Of a stretch of 27,737 bases of DNA, positions 19,531 to 27,737 are shown piece after piece. Source of the stretch: Acaryochloridaceae cyanobacterium VAR_48_metabat_390 (GTDB lineage: Bacteria > Cyanobacteriota > Cyanobacteriia > Thermosynechococcales > Thermosynechococcaceae); NCBI GenBank assembly GCA_031422435.1, contig JANPLU010000097.1:1-27737 (forward strand), written 5' to 3'. Positions within the stretch are counted from its first letter, which is position 1. Every line of letters begins with the position of its first letter. The notes below the pieces were generated by a model. It was given only the letters and a program-made list of their open reading frames with translations. It was not told where the DNA came from and searched no databases. Both the position numbers and the translations under genes were made by a program.

Positions 19531-19600
19531 GCGATCGCCTTCACCTAGTGTTTGTTGCAAAAGCTGAACGACCGTTTGGGATTGTGTGTGGGGCGATCGC
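19531..19600 (+). repeat. HIP1-anchored direct repeat, copy B (HIP1 at both ends)
   Basis: GCGATCGC at 19531 and 19593; matches copy A. Confidence 0.85.
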
Positions 19601-19625
19601 CCTAGCCATCCAACTCTAACTATCC

Positions 19626-20888
19626 TCAATCTCCGCCCTCTGCATTCCAGGCGATCGCCCGACTCGGTTCTGGATCCGGTAGCTTCCGCGTCACCATTGC
19701 TGCCGCTAACACCAACGCTGAAGAAACCCACAGACAGCCTACCAGCCCATAAAACTGATAGATCAAGCCTGATAACACCGTCCCTGCTAAGCGTCCGCCA
19801 GAATTTGCCATGTAGTAAAAGCCCACGTTTAGCGCTACCTTGTCGTCATCGGTAAAGGCCAGCACTAAGTAAGAATGAACGGCAGAATTGAAAGCAAACA
19901 CCACGCCAAACAGCATCAGCCCCCCTACGATCGCAATATTGGCAGGGATGTTGAGCTGAAGGGCAAGGGCGATCGCCGCCGGAACCGCCACGAGCGAAAA
20001 TGTCCAAAACTGAACGGTCTTAGACTGAGGTGGACGACCTGAACCAAACTGCCGAATGAGCGTCGGAGCCAAAGACTGAATAATGCCATAGCCAATCACC
20101 CAACAGGCCAAAAAACCACCCACTTGAGAAAACGACCAGCCCAACACGCTGCGTAAAAAGACGGGTAGCCCTACCACAAACCAAACGTCTCTAGAACCAA
20201 ACAAAAAGAACCGTGCCGCAGACAAAATATTAATCTCGCGGCTTTTAGAAAAGAGCTGATTAAACTTCACCTTCGCCTTAATTTTGCCCATCCCCTTCGG
20301 CAAAAATAAGCCCGTAAACAGCAGCAAAACTAAGCAACCCGCCATAATCCAGAGGGAATGAATAAAGCCAAAGGCTCCAAGCAGCGCACTCCCGACAAAA
20401 AAGCCGACTCCTTTGAGGGCATTCTTAGATCCTGTGAAGATTGCCACCCACTTAAACAAGGCAGATTGGGCATCCTGCGGTACCACCAGCCGAATGGCGC
20501 TTTTGGTACTCATCTTGGTTAAGTCTTTGGCAACCCCAGAGAATGCCTGAGCCACCATTACATAAAGTACGGCAATCCACTGCGCCCAATTTGGGTTAAG
20601 AAACGACAGCAGCACCAAAGAAAAAATTTGGAGTCCAATGCCTGTGTAGAGCGTCACCTTTAGCCCCAACTGAGAGCCAATCCAGCCCCCCAGAAAGTTT
20701 GTGACCACCCCAAACACTTCATAAAACAAAAACAGAGAGGCAATCTGGATGGGGGTATAGCCGATGTTATTGAAGTACAGCAGCACCAACAGCCGTAAGG
20801 CACCATCGGTAATGGTAAAACCCCAGTAGGTCAGCGTGACCAGAGCGTAGTTTTTGAAATTAGCGCTAGAAGCTGTAGAAGTCGTCAT
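19626..20888 (-). CDS. arsJ: Organoarsenical efflux MFS transporter ArsJ
   Basis: YW.FT.TDGALR, LFLFYE.FGVVTN, SGVAKDL.KMS.KSAI, TGSKNALKG and VGFYYMAN. Lies directly downstream of a GAPDH gene. Confidence 0.93.
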   Translation of the reverse strand: MTTSTASSANFKNYALVTLTYWGFTITDGALRLLVLLYFNNIGYTPIQIASLFLFYEVFGVVTNFLGGWIGSQLGLKVTLYTGIGLQIFSLVLLSFLNPNWAQWIAVLYVMVAQAFSGVAKDLTKMSTKSAIRLVVPQDAQSALFKWVAIFTGSKNALKGVGFFVGSALLGAFGFIHSLWIMAGCLVLLLFTGLFLPKGMGKIKAKVKFNQLFSKSREINILSAARFFLFGSRDVWFVVGLPVFLRSVLGWSFSQVGGFLACWVIGYGIIQSLAPTLIRQFGSGRPPQSKTVQFWTFSLVAVPAAIALALQLNIPANIAIVGGLMLFGVVFAFNSAVHSYLVLAFTDDDKVALNVGFYYMANSGGRLAGTVLSGLIYQFYGLVGCLWVSSALVLAAAMVTRKLPDPEPSRAIAWNAEGGD

Positions 20889-20910
20889 AAAAACCCTAAC
20901 TCCTTAAACT

Positions 20911-21924
20911 TCAGGACGTTTTCAGGCTGAGGGCAACCTTTCTGGCTAGTTCCACCATGCGGTTGGCGTAGCCCCACTCGTTGTCGTACCAAGCCAAAAT
21001 TTTGACCTGCGTTTCGTTGACGACCATCGTTGACAGCGCATCAATAATGGATGAGCGCGGATCGTCCTTGTAGTCAATCGACACCAAAGGCCGTTCTTCA
21101 TAACCCAAAATGCCTTGGAGCGATCCCTCGGCCGCCGCCTTCAGCAATCCGTTCACTGCGTCAACAGTCGTGGGCTGTGAAACTTCAAAGACGCAGTCCG
21201 TTAAAGACGCATTGAGTAAAGGCACTCTGACCGCCAAACCATTGAGTTTTCCATTCAGTTCGGGATAGATCAGCCCGATCGCCGTGGCAGATCCGGTAGT
21301 TGTGGGAATCAGCGATAAACTTGTGGCTCTGGCACGACGCAGATCTTTGTGGGGAGCATCCACAATGGTCTGAGTATTGGTATTGTCATGGATAGTCGTG
21401 ATGACCCCATGCCTAATACCCAACCCTTCATGAATCACCTTCACCACAGGCGCTAGGCAGTTGGTAGTGCAAGAAGCCGCCGTGAGAATACGGTGCTGAT
21501 CCACTTCATACAGATGATCGTTAATGCCCATCACGATGTTGAGGGCTTCTGCGGCCTTAACGGGCGCTGCCACAATTACCTTTTTTACACCCCGATCAAA
21601 ATAGGGGTTGAGGGTGTCTGGCGTTCTAAACTTGCCGGAGCATTCCAGCACAATATCAACTCCCACCGCGTCCCAGGGCACTTCCCCTGGTTTAGCTACA
21701 TCGCTAAAGCTCAGGGACGTTTTATCAATGGAGACGGTACTACCTGTCCCACTTACCTCCGGTGCCCAGCGTCCATGCACTGAGTCAAACTTCAGTAGGT
21801 GAGCAGCGGTTTCTGCACCGCCCTTCACTTCGTTGATGTGAACAAACTCTAGCTCCGGCCATTCCCACGCAGCACGAAGTGCCAGCCGACCGATGCGGCC
21901 AAACCCATTAATACCTACTCGCAT
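20911..21924 (-). CDS. gap: ArsJ-associated glyceraldehyde-3-phosphate dehydrogenase (gap3-like)
   Basis: [36 protein letters not shown] and WYDNEWGY. Confidence 0.93.
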   Translation of the reverse strand: MRVGINGFGRIGRLALRAAWEWPELEFVHINEVKGGAETAAHLLKFDSVHGRWAPEVSGTGSTVSIDKTSLSFSDVAKPGEVPWDAVGVDIVLECSGKFRTPDTLNPYFDRGVKKVIVAAPVKAAEALNIVMGINDHLYEVDQHRILTAASCTTNCLAPVVKVIHEGLGIRHGVITTIHDNTNTQTIVDAPHKDLRRARATSLSLIPTTTGSATAIGLIYPELNGKLNGLAVRVPLLNASLTDCVFEVSQPTTVDAVNGLLKAAAEGSLQGILGYEERPLVSIDYKDDPRSSIIDALSTMVVNETQVKILAWYDNEWGYANRMVELARKVALSLKTS

Positions 21925-21968
21925 ATTTATCCTTGATTTATTGCAAAAATTGTGACCTGAACCCTCGA

Positions 21969-23024
21969 TTAAAAAGCAGCTTGCTTTCTCAGAAGCTGAC
22001 TAATGGTGAGGTTAGGTTGAGGCGTGCCGCCAAAGACGGTGCCAACCTTCCCCCGTTCAAAGTGGAGCAAAGAAAGTCGATAGCCTTCTTCGGGGAGCGG
22101 AATATAGCCGACGGTGTTGACCAGTTCCTTACTGTTGGTGATGTAAAACTCCACAAACGACCGCAGTTCTGGCTTATCTTGAGCCGCTTTGGAGTTTACA
22201 TAGATGAAAAGGGGACGGGACAGAGGCTGATATTGCGCCTTTTCAACCGTTTCACGAGAGGGAACAACGATGCCCTGACCGTTATCAACCCCTAACACTT
22301 TGAGCTTGCTTTGATTGGCTTCGGCGTAGGCCAGCCCAAAGTAGCCCAAGGCAGCAGGCGCTTGACTCACCCCTTTGACCAACGCACCATCGTCTTCACT
22401 GGCGGTATAGTCGCTGCGACTGGCACCATCTTTGCCCATGACGACCTCTGTGAAGTAATCATAGGTACCTGAATCTTTGCCAGGGCCAAAAAGCTTGATG
22501 GGTGTTGCAGGCCAGGACGATCGCACCTGCTTCCAGGTTTTAACTTTGCCCTGGGCGGCTGGCTCCCAAAGTCGCTTTAGCTCTGCCACCGTGATGTCTT
22601 TTGCCCAAGTATTTTGCGAGTTAACCACAACCGTGAGTGCATCGAAGCCAATCGGTAGCTCAATGTAGGCGGTACCTGCCTGCCGACAAGCTTCCATTTC
22701 TTTCTCTGAAATAGGGCGAGAGGCGCTGCTGATCTGGGTTTCACCTTGACAAAACTTTTTGAAGCCACCCCCTGTCCCAGAGAACTTGCTATCAATCTCT
22801 ACCTTTTGACTGTGGGTTTTGAATTCCTTAACAATGGCTTCTGTAATAGGGAAAACGGTACTTGACCCATCAATTTTTAGGGTTCCCACCAAGCTAGGAT
22901 CAGGCAGTTTTGGCGACAGATTTACCGGAATTTGAGCGGAATCAGCCGTTCGTTCTGGCCCACCACAGGCGGTCAGCAGAAGAACCATCACACCGAAAGT
23001 CATTACCGAAAATTTAATATTCAT
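21969..23024 (-). CDS. pstS: PstS-family phosphate-binding lipoprotein
   Basis: Lipobox LTAC (Cys20), [22 protein letters not shown] and [11 protein letters not shown]. Confidence 0.92.
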   Translation of the reverse strand: MNIKFSVMTFGVMVLLLTACGGPERTADSAQIPVNLSPKLPDPSLVGTLKIDGSSTVFPITEAIVKEFKTHSQKVEIDSKFSGTGGGFKKFCQGETQISSASRPISEKEMEACRQAGTAYIELPIGFDALTVVVNSQNTWAKDITVAELKRLWEPAAQGKVKTWKQVRSSWPATPIKLFGPGKDSGTYDYFTEVVMGKDGASRSDYTASEDDGALVKGVSQAPAALGYFGLAYAEANQSKLKVLGVDNGQGIVVPSRETVEKAQYQPLSRPLFIYVNSKAAQDKPELRSFVEFYITNSKELVNTVGYIPLPEEGYRLSLLHFERGKVGTVFGGTPQPNLTISQLLRKQAAF

Positions 23025-23082
23025 AAATGTGACCTGAAATTAGATTTGCGTATGCTAAGAACTTGTAAATTTTTACGAAAAA

Positions 23083-23098
23083 ATCAGACTTACTTGAT
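23083..23098. promoter_or_regulatory. Putative cyanobacterial-type ArsR operator upstream of pstS
   Basis: ATCAG-ACTTAC-TTGAT is one mismatch from the ATCAA-N6-TTGAT box recalled for Synechocystis arsBHC. Confidence 0.5.
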
Positions 23099-23131
23099 CC
23101 CTCAATGCCCCTCGTTTGGGCGCTGTTCGCG

Positions 23132-24208
23132 TTAAAGCAATCTGGGTTCACCCCCTCTGAAATAGCGTTTCTGAAGCCAGAACGCGACATTCACCAAGCT
23201 AATCAAAACCGGAACTTCTACCAGCGGCCCAATCACCGACGCAAACGCCACGCCGGAATTGATGCCAAAGACCGCAATAGCAACGGCGATCGCCAGTTCA
23301 AAGTTATTCCCCGCTGCGGTAAAGGCCACACTCGCGGCCTTCGAGTAGTCTGCTTTAACCTTCCAAGCCATGTAAAAGCTTGTGAAAAACATGATGACGA
23401 AGTAGATCACCAAGGGAATCGCAATCCGCACCACGTCTAAGGGAATCTGCATAATCAGACTTCCCTTAAGGCTAAACATCACCACAATCGTAAACAGCAG
23501 GGCAATCAGCGTAATTGGGCTGATTTTAGGGATAAACGTGCGGTGATACCAGCGTTCTCCCTTAACCTTGACTAAGATATAGCGGCTTAAAAAGCCAGCC
23601 AGAAACGGTATGCCTAGGTAAAAGAACACGCTCTGAGCAATCTCGGCAATGCTGATATTGACCGTGCTGCCTTTTAAGCCAAATAGAGTCGGCAGAAATG
23701 AGACAAAAAACCAGGCGTAGATGCTGTAAAAGAAAACCTGAAAAATACTGTTAAAGGCAACGAGTCCGGCAGTAAATTCGGTATCTCCCCTTGCTAGTTC
23801 GCTCCAGACGATGACCATTGCAATGCAGGGCGCTATCCCTACCAAAATTAAGCCCGTCATATACTCTGGGTAATCTCGCAGAAATAGAAGCGCAAGGGTA
23901 AACATCACGCAGGGGGCAATCACCCAGGTCTGAACCAGAGAGAGCGCCAGAATTTTGCCGTTGTTAAAAATATCGCCTAACGCTTCGTATCGCACCTTTG
24001 CAAAGGGTGGATACATCATCAAAATCAAGCCGATCGCAATGGGGATATTGGTGGTGCCCACTTGCAACTGGTTAATAAACGCTTCCAATCCAGGAAAAAA
24101 GAATCCTAGCCCCACGCCGATTGCCATTGCCAGAAAAATCCACACCGTCAGAAATCGGTCTAAAAACGACAGCTTTTTGAGGGATCTTGGCAGAGAAAGA
24201 GGAGTCAT
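23132..24208 (-). CDS. acr3: Acr3-family arsenite efflux permease
   Basis: [23 protein letters not shown] (conserved Cys), GNNFELA and GPLVEVP. Confidence 0.95.
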   Translation of the reverse strand: MTPLSLPRSLKKLSFLDRFLTVWIFLAMAIGVGLGFFFPGLEAFINQLQVGTTNIPIAIGLILMMYPPFAKVRYEALGDIFNNGKILALSLVQTWVIAPCVMFTLALLFLRDYPEYMTGLILVGIAPCIAMVIVWSELARGDTEFTAGLVAFNSIFQVFFYSIYAWFFVSFLPTLFGLKGSTVNISIAEIAQSVFFYLGIPFLAGFLSRYILVKVKGERWYHRTFIPKISPITLIALLFTIVVMFSLKGSLIMQIPLDVVRIAIPLVIYFVIMFFTSFYMAWKVKADYSKAASVAFTAAGNNFELAIAVAIAVFGINSGVAFASVIGPLVEVPVLISLVNVAFWLQKRYFRGGEPRLL

Positions 24209-24357
24209 GATGAAGCCTTGCGAGAGTGATCTTCAAGGGCACAACTTGCAACTTCAACGTTGGGTTGAGCCGTAACTGCGTTCCATTCGCTAAAGCGATC
24301 GCCTGACTCAGACACTTGACCCCGCAGAATCATCGTGAACGAAACCCATTCTGGCAA
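24205..24357 (-). pseudogene. Probable C-terminal remnant of arsH
   Basis: Frame reads LPEWVSFTMILRGQVSESGDRFSEW..., resembling the ArsH C-terminus pattern E.xKFTLLLR.Q..YL.DRYSER. Its TGA overlaps the acr3 ATG (ATGA). Confidence 0.55.
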
Positions 24358-24396
24358 GGCCTCTGAAGGATTAAGTCAGGAATGATGCGGGGCAAA

Positions 24397-24822
24397 TTAA
24401 CAGCATTGAGTCCCGCAGGCGGCTTTCTGATTCAGGCGTGGACTGGGTTGATGAATAGCTGAATCTTCTAAAACCGTATAAATTTCCCACGGTGCGCCAT
24501 CGGGGTCTGCAAGCCAGCCTTTATCTTGAAGTGCGTAGCAACAATCAACATTCTTCTCAAGGGCTGTGGCTAAGCCAGACTGATTCAGCCGATCTAGTTC
24601 AGCCTCAACCGCTTCAGAAGTTTCTATTTCTACGCCAAGATGATTTAGCATTCCTGCTTTTTCGGCATTTTCAATTAAAACAAGCTTGAGGGCAGGCTCT
24701 GCGATCGCAAAGTTGGCGTAGCCAGGACGAATTTTTGCAGGCTCGACGCCAAACAGTTTGCTGTAAAAGACGATGGCAGCATCCATATTGCTAACGTTCA
24801 AGGCGAGTTGGACTCGTGACAT
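24397..24822 (-). CDS. arsI: ArsI/CadI-family C-As lyase (VOC/glyoxalase fold)
   Basis: Putative Fe ligands Q5, H61 and E113; vicinal C94-C95 in CCYALQDK; Cys-rich tail CGTQCC. AAGGAG RBS upstream. Confidence 0.9.
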   Translation of the reverse strand: MSRVQLALNVSNMDAAIVFYSKLFGVEPAKIRPGYANFAIAEPALKLVLIENAEKAGMLNHLGVEIETSEAVEAELDRLNQSGLATALEKNVDCCYALQDKGWLADPDGAPWEIYTVLEDSAIHQPSPRLNQKAACGTQCC

Positions 24823-24839
24823 CTGAATCTACTCCTTAA

Positions 24840-24903
24840 ATCGATACTCATCAATATTGAGGACTGTCAATATATTGCAGCTTATATCGAGAGCTGTCAA
24901 TAT
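24840..24903. promoter_or_regulatory. Divergent arsI/arsR promoter-operator with three ATYGA-N6-TCAAT boxes
   Basis: Boxes at 24840-24855, 24856-24871 and 24886-24901. Plus strand has TTGCAG-17-CAATAT; minus strand has TTGACA-17-CAATAT starting at 24900. Confidence 0.75.
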
Positions 24904-24910
24904 GTGAGTT

Positions 24911-25279
24911 ATGAGCAATACACTGACAGCCTGCTGCCCACCCCTGATTCTTCAGCACCTCAGCCCCACTGATGCAGCTCAGCTTGCGGCTCTGTTTAGA
25001 GTGCTGGGCGATCCGTCTCGGCTACAGTTATTGAGCCTCATTGCAGCGCAGCCCTCAGGTGCCGCCTGCGTTTGTGAACTGATTGAGCCGCTGGGTCTAT
25101 CTCAGCCGACGGTGAGTCATCACCTCAAAGTGCTGTTTGATGCAGGTTTTCTCACGAAAGAGCGGCGAGGAACCTGGATGTATTACCGCGTGGTACCGCA
25201 GACGCTACAGGCTTTATATTCGACACTACAGTCTCCCGCTACAGTGCCTGTATCTGCTGTTGCGAAGGTTGCCAGCTAA
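24911..25279 (+). CDS. arsR: ArsR/SmtB-family As(III)-responsive repressor
   Basis: N-terminal C8-C9, then LGDPSRLQLL, ACVCEL and LSQPTVSHHLKVL..AG. Confidence 0.92.
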   Translation: MSNTLTACCPPLILQHLSPTDAAQLAALFRVLGDPSRLQLLSLIAAQPSGAACVCELIEPLGLSQPTVSHHLKVLFDAGFLTKERRGTWMYYRVVPQTLQALYSTLQSPATVPVSAVAKVAS

Positions 25280-25663
25280 ATGAACATCGTCGAAGCGCTC
25301 AAAACAGATTACGCAAGGTTTCCGGAAGACCAAACCTATAGCCTGTACGCAGAAGACGTCTTTTTCAAAGATCCGCTGACGTCTTTTAGTGGCGTGGCAC
25401 GCTATCGCTCTATGATTCACTTCATTGCGCAATGGTTTAAGGCGGTACAGATGGATCTGCATAGCATTCAACAGACAGACCAGCGCATTGACACCACTTG
25501 GACGCTCCGATGGGTTGCGCCTGTGCCTTGGCAGCCCAGTATGGTAATTTCGGGTCGCAGTGAGCTAACGCTTAACGACAAGGGCTTAATTGAGTCCCAT
25601 GTTGACTACTGGGATTGTTCACGCCTGGATGTCCTGAGACAACTTTTTTCAACACGGCGGTGA
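25280..25663 (+). CDS. DUF2358 (NTF2/SnoaL-like) protein
   Basis: DY.RFP.DQTYSLYAEDVFFKDPL, W..P.PW.P and I.SHVDYW. Confidence 0.85.
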   Translation: MNIVEALKTDYARFPEDQTYSLYAEDVFFKDPLTSFSGVARYRSMIHFIAQWFKAVQMDLHSIQQTDQRIDTTWTLRWVAPVPWQPSMVISGRSELTLNDKGLIESHVDYWDCSRLDVLRQLFSTRR

Positions 25664-25703
25664 TCTACCATAGAATCGCGTTGATACTGCGAACTAGGTA
25701 AAC

Positions 25704-26798
25704 ATGACCCACATTGGCGTTCCTAAAGAAATTAAAGATCAAGAATTTCGGGTGGGTCTAACCCCCAGCACGGTTCAACTGCTTTGTACGCAGGGTCATC
25801 AAGTGGTGGTTGAGTCTGCTGCGGGTGTAGGCGCTGGCTTTACGGATGCTGACTATACCCAAGCAGGCGCACAGATTGTGCCGGATGCCGCAACCGCATG
25901 GCAGCAGGATCTTGTGATTAAGGTCAAGGAGCCATTAGCCGCAGAGTACGGCTTTTTGAGAAGCGATCTGCTGCTGTTTACCTACCTCCATTTGGCAGCG
26001 AATCGTGAGCTAACGGAACGGCTGCTGGAATCTGGGGTGACGGCGATCGCCTATGAATGTGTCGAAGTCTCTGCGGGCGGACGGGTACAGTTTCCGCTGC
26101 TAGCACCCATGAGCGTGATTGCGGGTCGGCTTGCCACGCAGTTTGGGGCGCGGTTTTTAGAGCGACAGCAGGGCGGACGCGGCGTTTTGCTTAGCGGCAT
26201 CCCTGGGGTAAAGCCTGGAAAGGTCGTGATTTTGGGTGGTGGGGTCGTTGGGACTGAAGCCGCGCGGATGGCGGTGGGCATGGGTGCCCAAGTGACGCTG
26301 TTAGATCTCAATGTCAATCGCCTCACGGAACTAGAGGCGCTCTTTGGGTCACGGGTAGAGCTGCTGTATAGCCAGCCCAGTGCGATCGCCCAAGCAGTCC
26401 CCACAGCAGATTTGCTGGTGGGGGCGGTGCTGGTGCCCGGTCAGCGTCCACCTACTTTGGTAAAGCGAGAGCTAGTGAAGCAAATGCAAAATGGCTCGGT
26501 TATTGTGGATGTGGCGGTTGACCAGGGGGGCTGTATTGAAACATTACGCCCAACCTCTCACACCAACCCTGTCTATGTAGAAGAGGGCGTACTGCACTAC
26601 GGAGTCCCCAATATGCCAGGGGCGGTGCCTTGGACTGCGACGCTGGCGCTCAATAACAGCACGCTGCCCTTTGTGCTTAAGTTGGCAAATCAGGGCATTG
26701 AAGCGCTTTCTACGGATGCGGCTCTGGCAAAGGGGCTAAACGTTAAGCAGCATCACCTTGTGCATCCTGCTGTACAAGAGGTCTTTCCAGATTTATAA
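25704..26798 (+). CDS. ald: Alanine dehydrogenase
   Basis: IGVPKEIKDQEFRV, KVKEP, FTYLHLAA, GGGVVG, DVAVDQGG and VPNMPGAVP. Confidence 0.96.
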   Translation: MTHIGVPKEIKDQEFRVGLTPSTVQLLCTQGHQVVVESAAGVGAGFTDADYTQAGAQIVPDAATAWQQDLVIKVKEPLAAEYGFLRSDLLLFTYLHLAANRELTERLLESGVTAIAYECVEVSAGGRVQFPLLAPMSVIAGRLATQFGARFLERQQGGRGVLLSGIPGVKPGKVVILGGGVVGTEAARMAVGMGAQVTLLDLNVNRLTELEALFGSRVELLYSQPSAIAQAVPTADLLVGAVLVPGQRPPTLVKRELVKQMQNGSVIVDVAVDQGGCIETLRPTSHTNPVYVEEGVLHYGVPNMPGAVPWTATLALNNSTLPFVLKLANQGIEALSTDAALAKGLNVKQHHLVHPAVQEVFPDL

Positions 26799-26825
26799 AC
26801 CAATCCACGACTAAAATCTATTCAG

Positions 26826-27737
26826 TAGACCTCTTGCGTGAATAGAGAGAAGTCGGTAGAAGTGTGTCAAGGTTCAAGGAGGGAACAGCCATGACCTACG
26901 AGCAACTGAAACATCTCAGCCCCAGTGCCTTCAAACGTCGTTGCGGCGTGCGACGAGGCACCTTCGAGCAGATGCTTGAGGTCGTGCGACCGCAGCTTGA
27001 GCGGACGGGCAAACGGGGTGGACAGTGCAAACTGAGCGTGGAAGACCAGTTACTTGTGGCGCTGGAATACTGGCGGGAATACCGGACACAATTTCACATC
27101 GGTACAAGTTGGGGGCTGAGTGAGTCAGCAGTGTGCCGATTGATTCAAAAGATTGAGGGTCTGTTAATGGCGTCGGGCAAGTTCCGACTTCCCGGCAAAA
27201 AACAACTTTCTCAGACTGCCTATACCGGCGACGTGTGGGTGGTCGATGTCACTGAGAGTCCGATTGAGCGCCCAAAAAAAACCAGAAACGCTACTACAGT
27301 GGCAAGAAAAAGCGACACACCCTAAAAGCTCAAGTGCTTGTCAATCAAGGGAGCGGACAAATTATCTGTACGGCGTTTGGCAAAGGACGGGTACATGATT
27401 TTCGCCTCTTTAAGTTACATCGCTTGCCGATGCCCGCTGAGCAGTTGTGTTTAGCAGACCGAGGATATCAGGGTATGGCTAAACTCCATCCCAATAGTTG
27501 TACGCCCACTAAGAAGCCGCGCAAGGGCAAGTTGGATAAAGCTGAGCGTCAACACAATCGGAGTTTAGCCCAATTGCGAGTCGTGGCTGAGCATATCAAT
27601 CGCAAGCTTAAGATTTTTCGGATTCTGGCTGAACGCTATCGTAATCGGCGTAAGCGTTTCGGATTACGATTCAACTTGATTGCCGCGATTATCAATTTTG
27701 AACTTGCACTCTCTCCATGATTCACGCAAGAGGTCTA
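26826..27737 (+). mobile_element. IS5-family (ISL2-like) insertion sequence, ~910 bp
   Basis: Perfect 18-bp IR TAGACCTCTTGCGTGAAT at 26826-26843 and 27720-27737. The outer TA may be a target duplication; the right flank lies outside the window. Confidence 0.92.
26891..27720 (+). CDS. IS5-family transposase expressed via -1 frameshift (~276 aa)
   Basis: OrfA (HTH, DVTESPIERPKK), then an A8 run at 27274-27281. The -1 frame reads NQKRYYSGKKKRHTLKAQ..HDF..ADRGYQG..R.VAEH (DDE). Confidence 0.9.

Noticed and set aside
18480..19660. HIP1-containing repeats considered as a CRISPR array or attC sites
   Set aside because: There is no regular repeat-spacer period, no cas or integrase gene, and no RYYYAAC/GTTRRRY attC ends.
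23025..23131. Pho (SphR) box upstream of pstS
   Set aside because: I found no convincing 11-bp-phased PyTTAAPyPy repeats.

Overview
Cyanobacterial chromosomal window, judged from about 30 hand-counted HIP1 GCGATCGC sites and the NDH-1 genes. From left to right: (1) Core genes ndhI-ndhG-ndhE, a GH57/DUF3536 gene, hisC and an SRPBCC gene. (2) An apparent general-stress island. It holds an uncharacterised four-gene operon (GT2 glycosyltransferase, acyl-CoA-dehydrogenase-fold flavoprotein, PIG-L deacetylase, NodS-like methyltransferase), a fasciclin pseudogene, a small membrane protein, the large-subunit catalase katE and an SRPBCC gene. Three of its promoters share a 16-bp palindrome lying exactly 22 nt before a TAnnnT -10 box. 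(3) A decaying toxin-antitoxin-rich stretch: an IS1380 remnant, a hicB with a premature stop, a HicA'-'HTH chimera, yefM-yoeB, an AT-rich orphan gene split by a 134-bp MITE, and DUF4160-DUF2442. HIP1-anchored repeats punctuate this stretch. (4) A mosaic arsenic cluster: arsR divergent from arsI-[arsH remnant]-acr3-pstS-gap-arsJ, with no arsC. Its arsR/arsI pair looks actinobacterial, and two different ArsR-type operator motifs are present. (5) DUF2358, ald and an intact IS5-family element with a -1 programmed frameshift. All family assignments come from motif recognition, not database searches.
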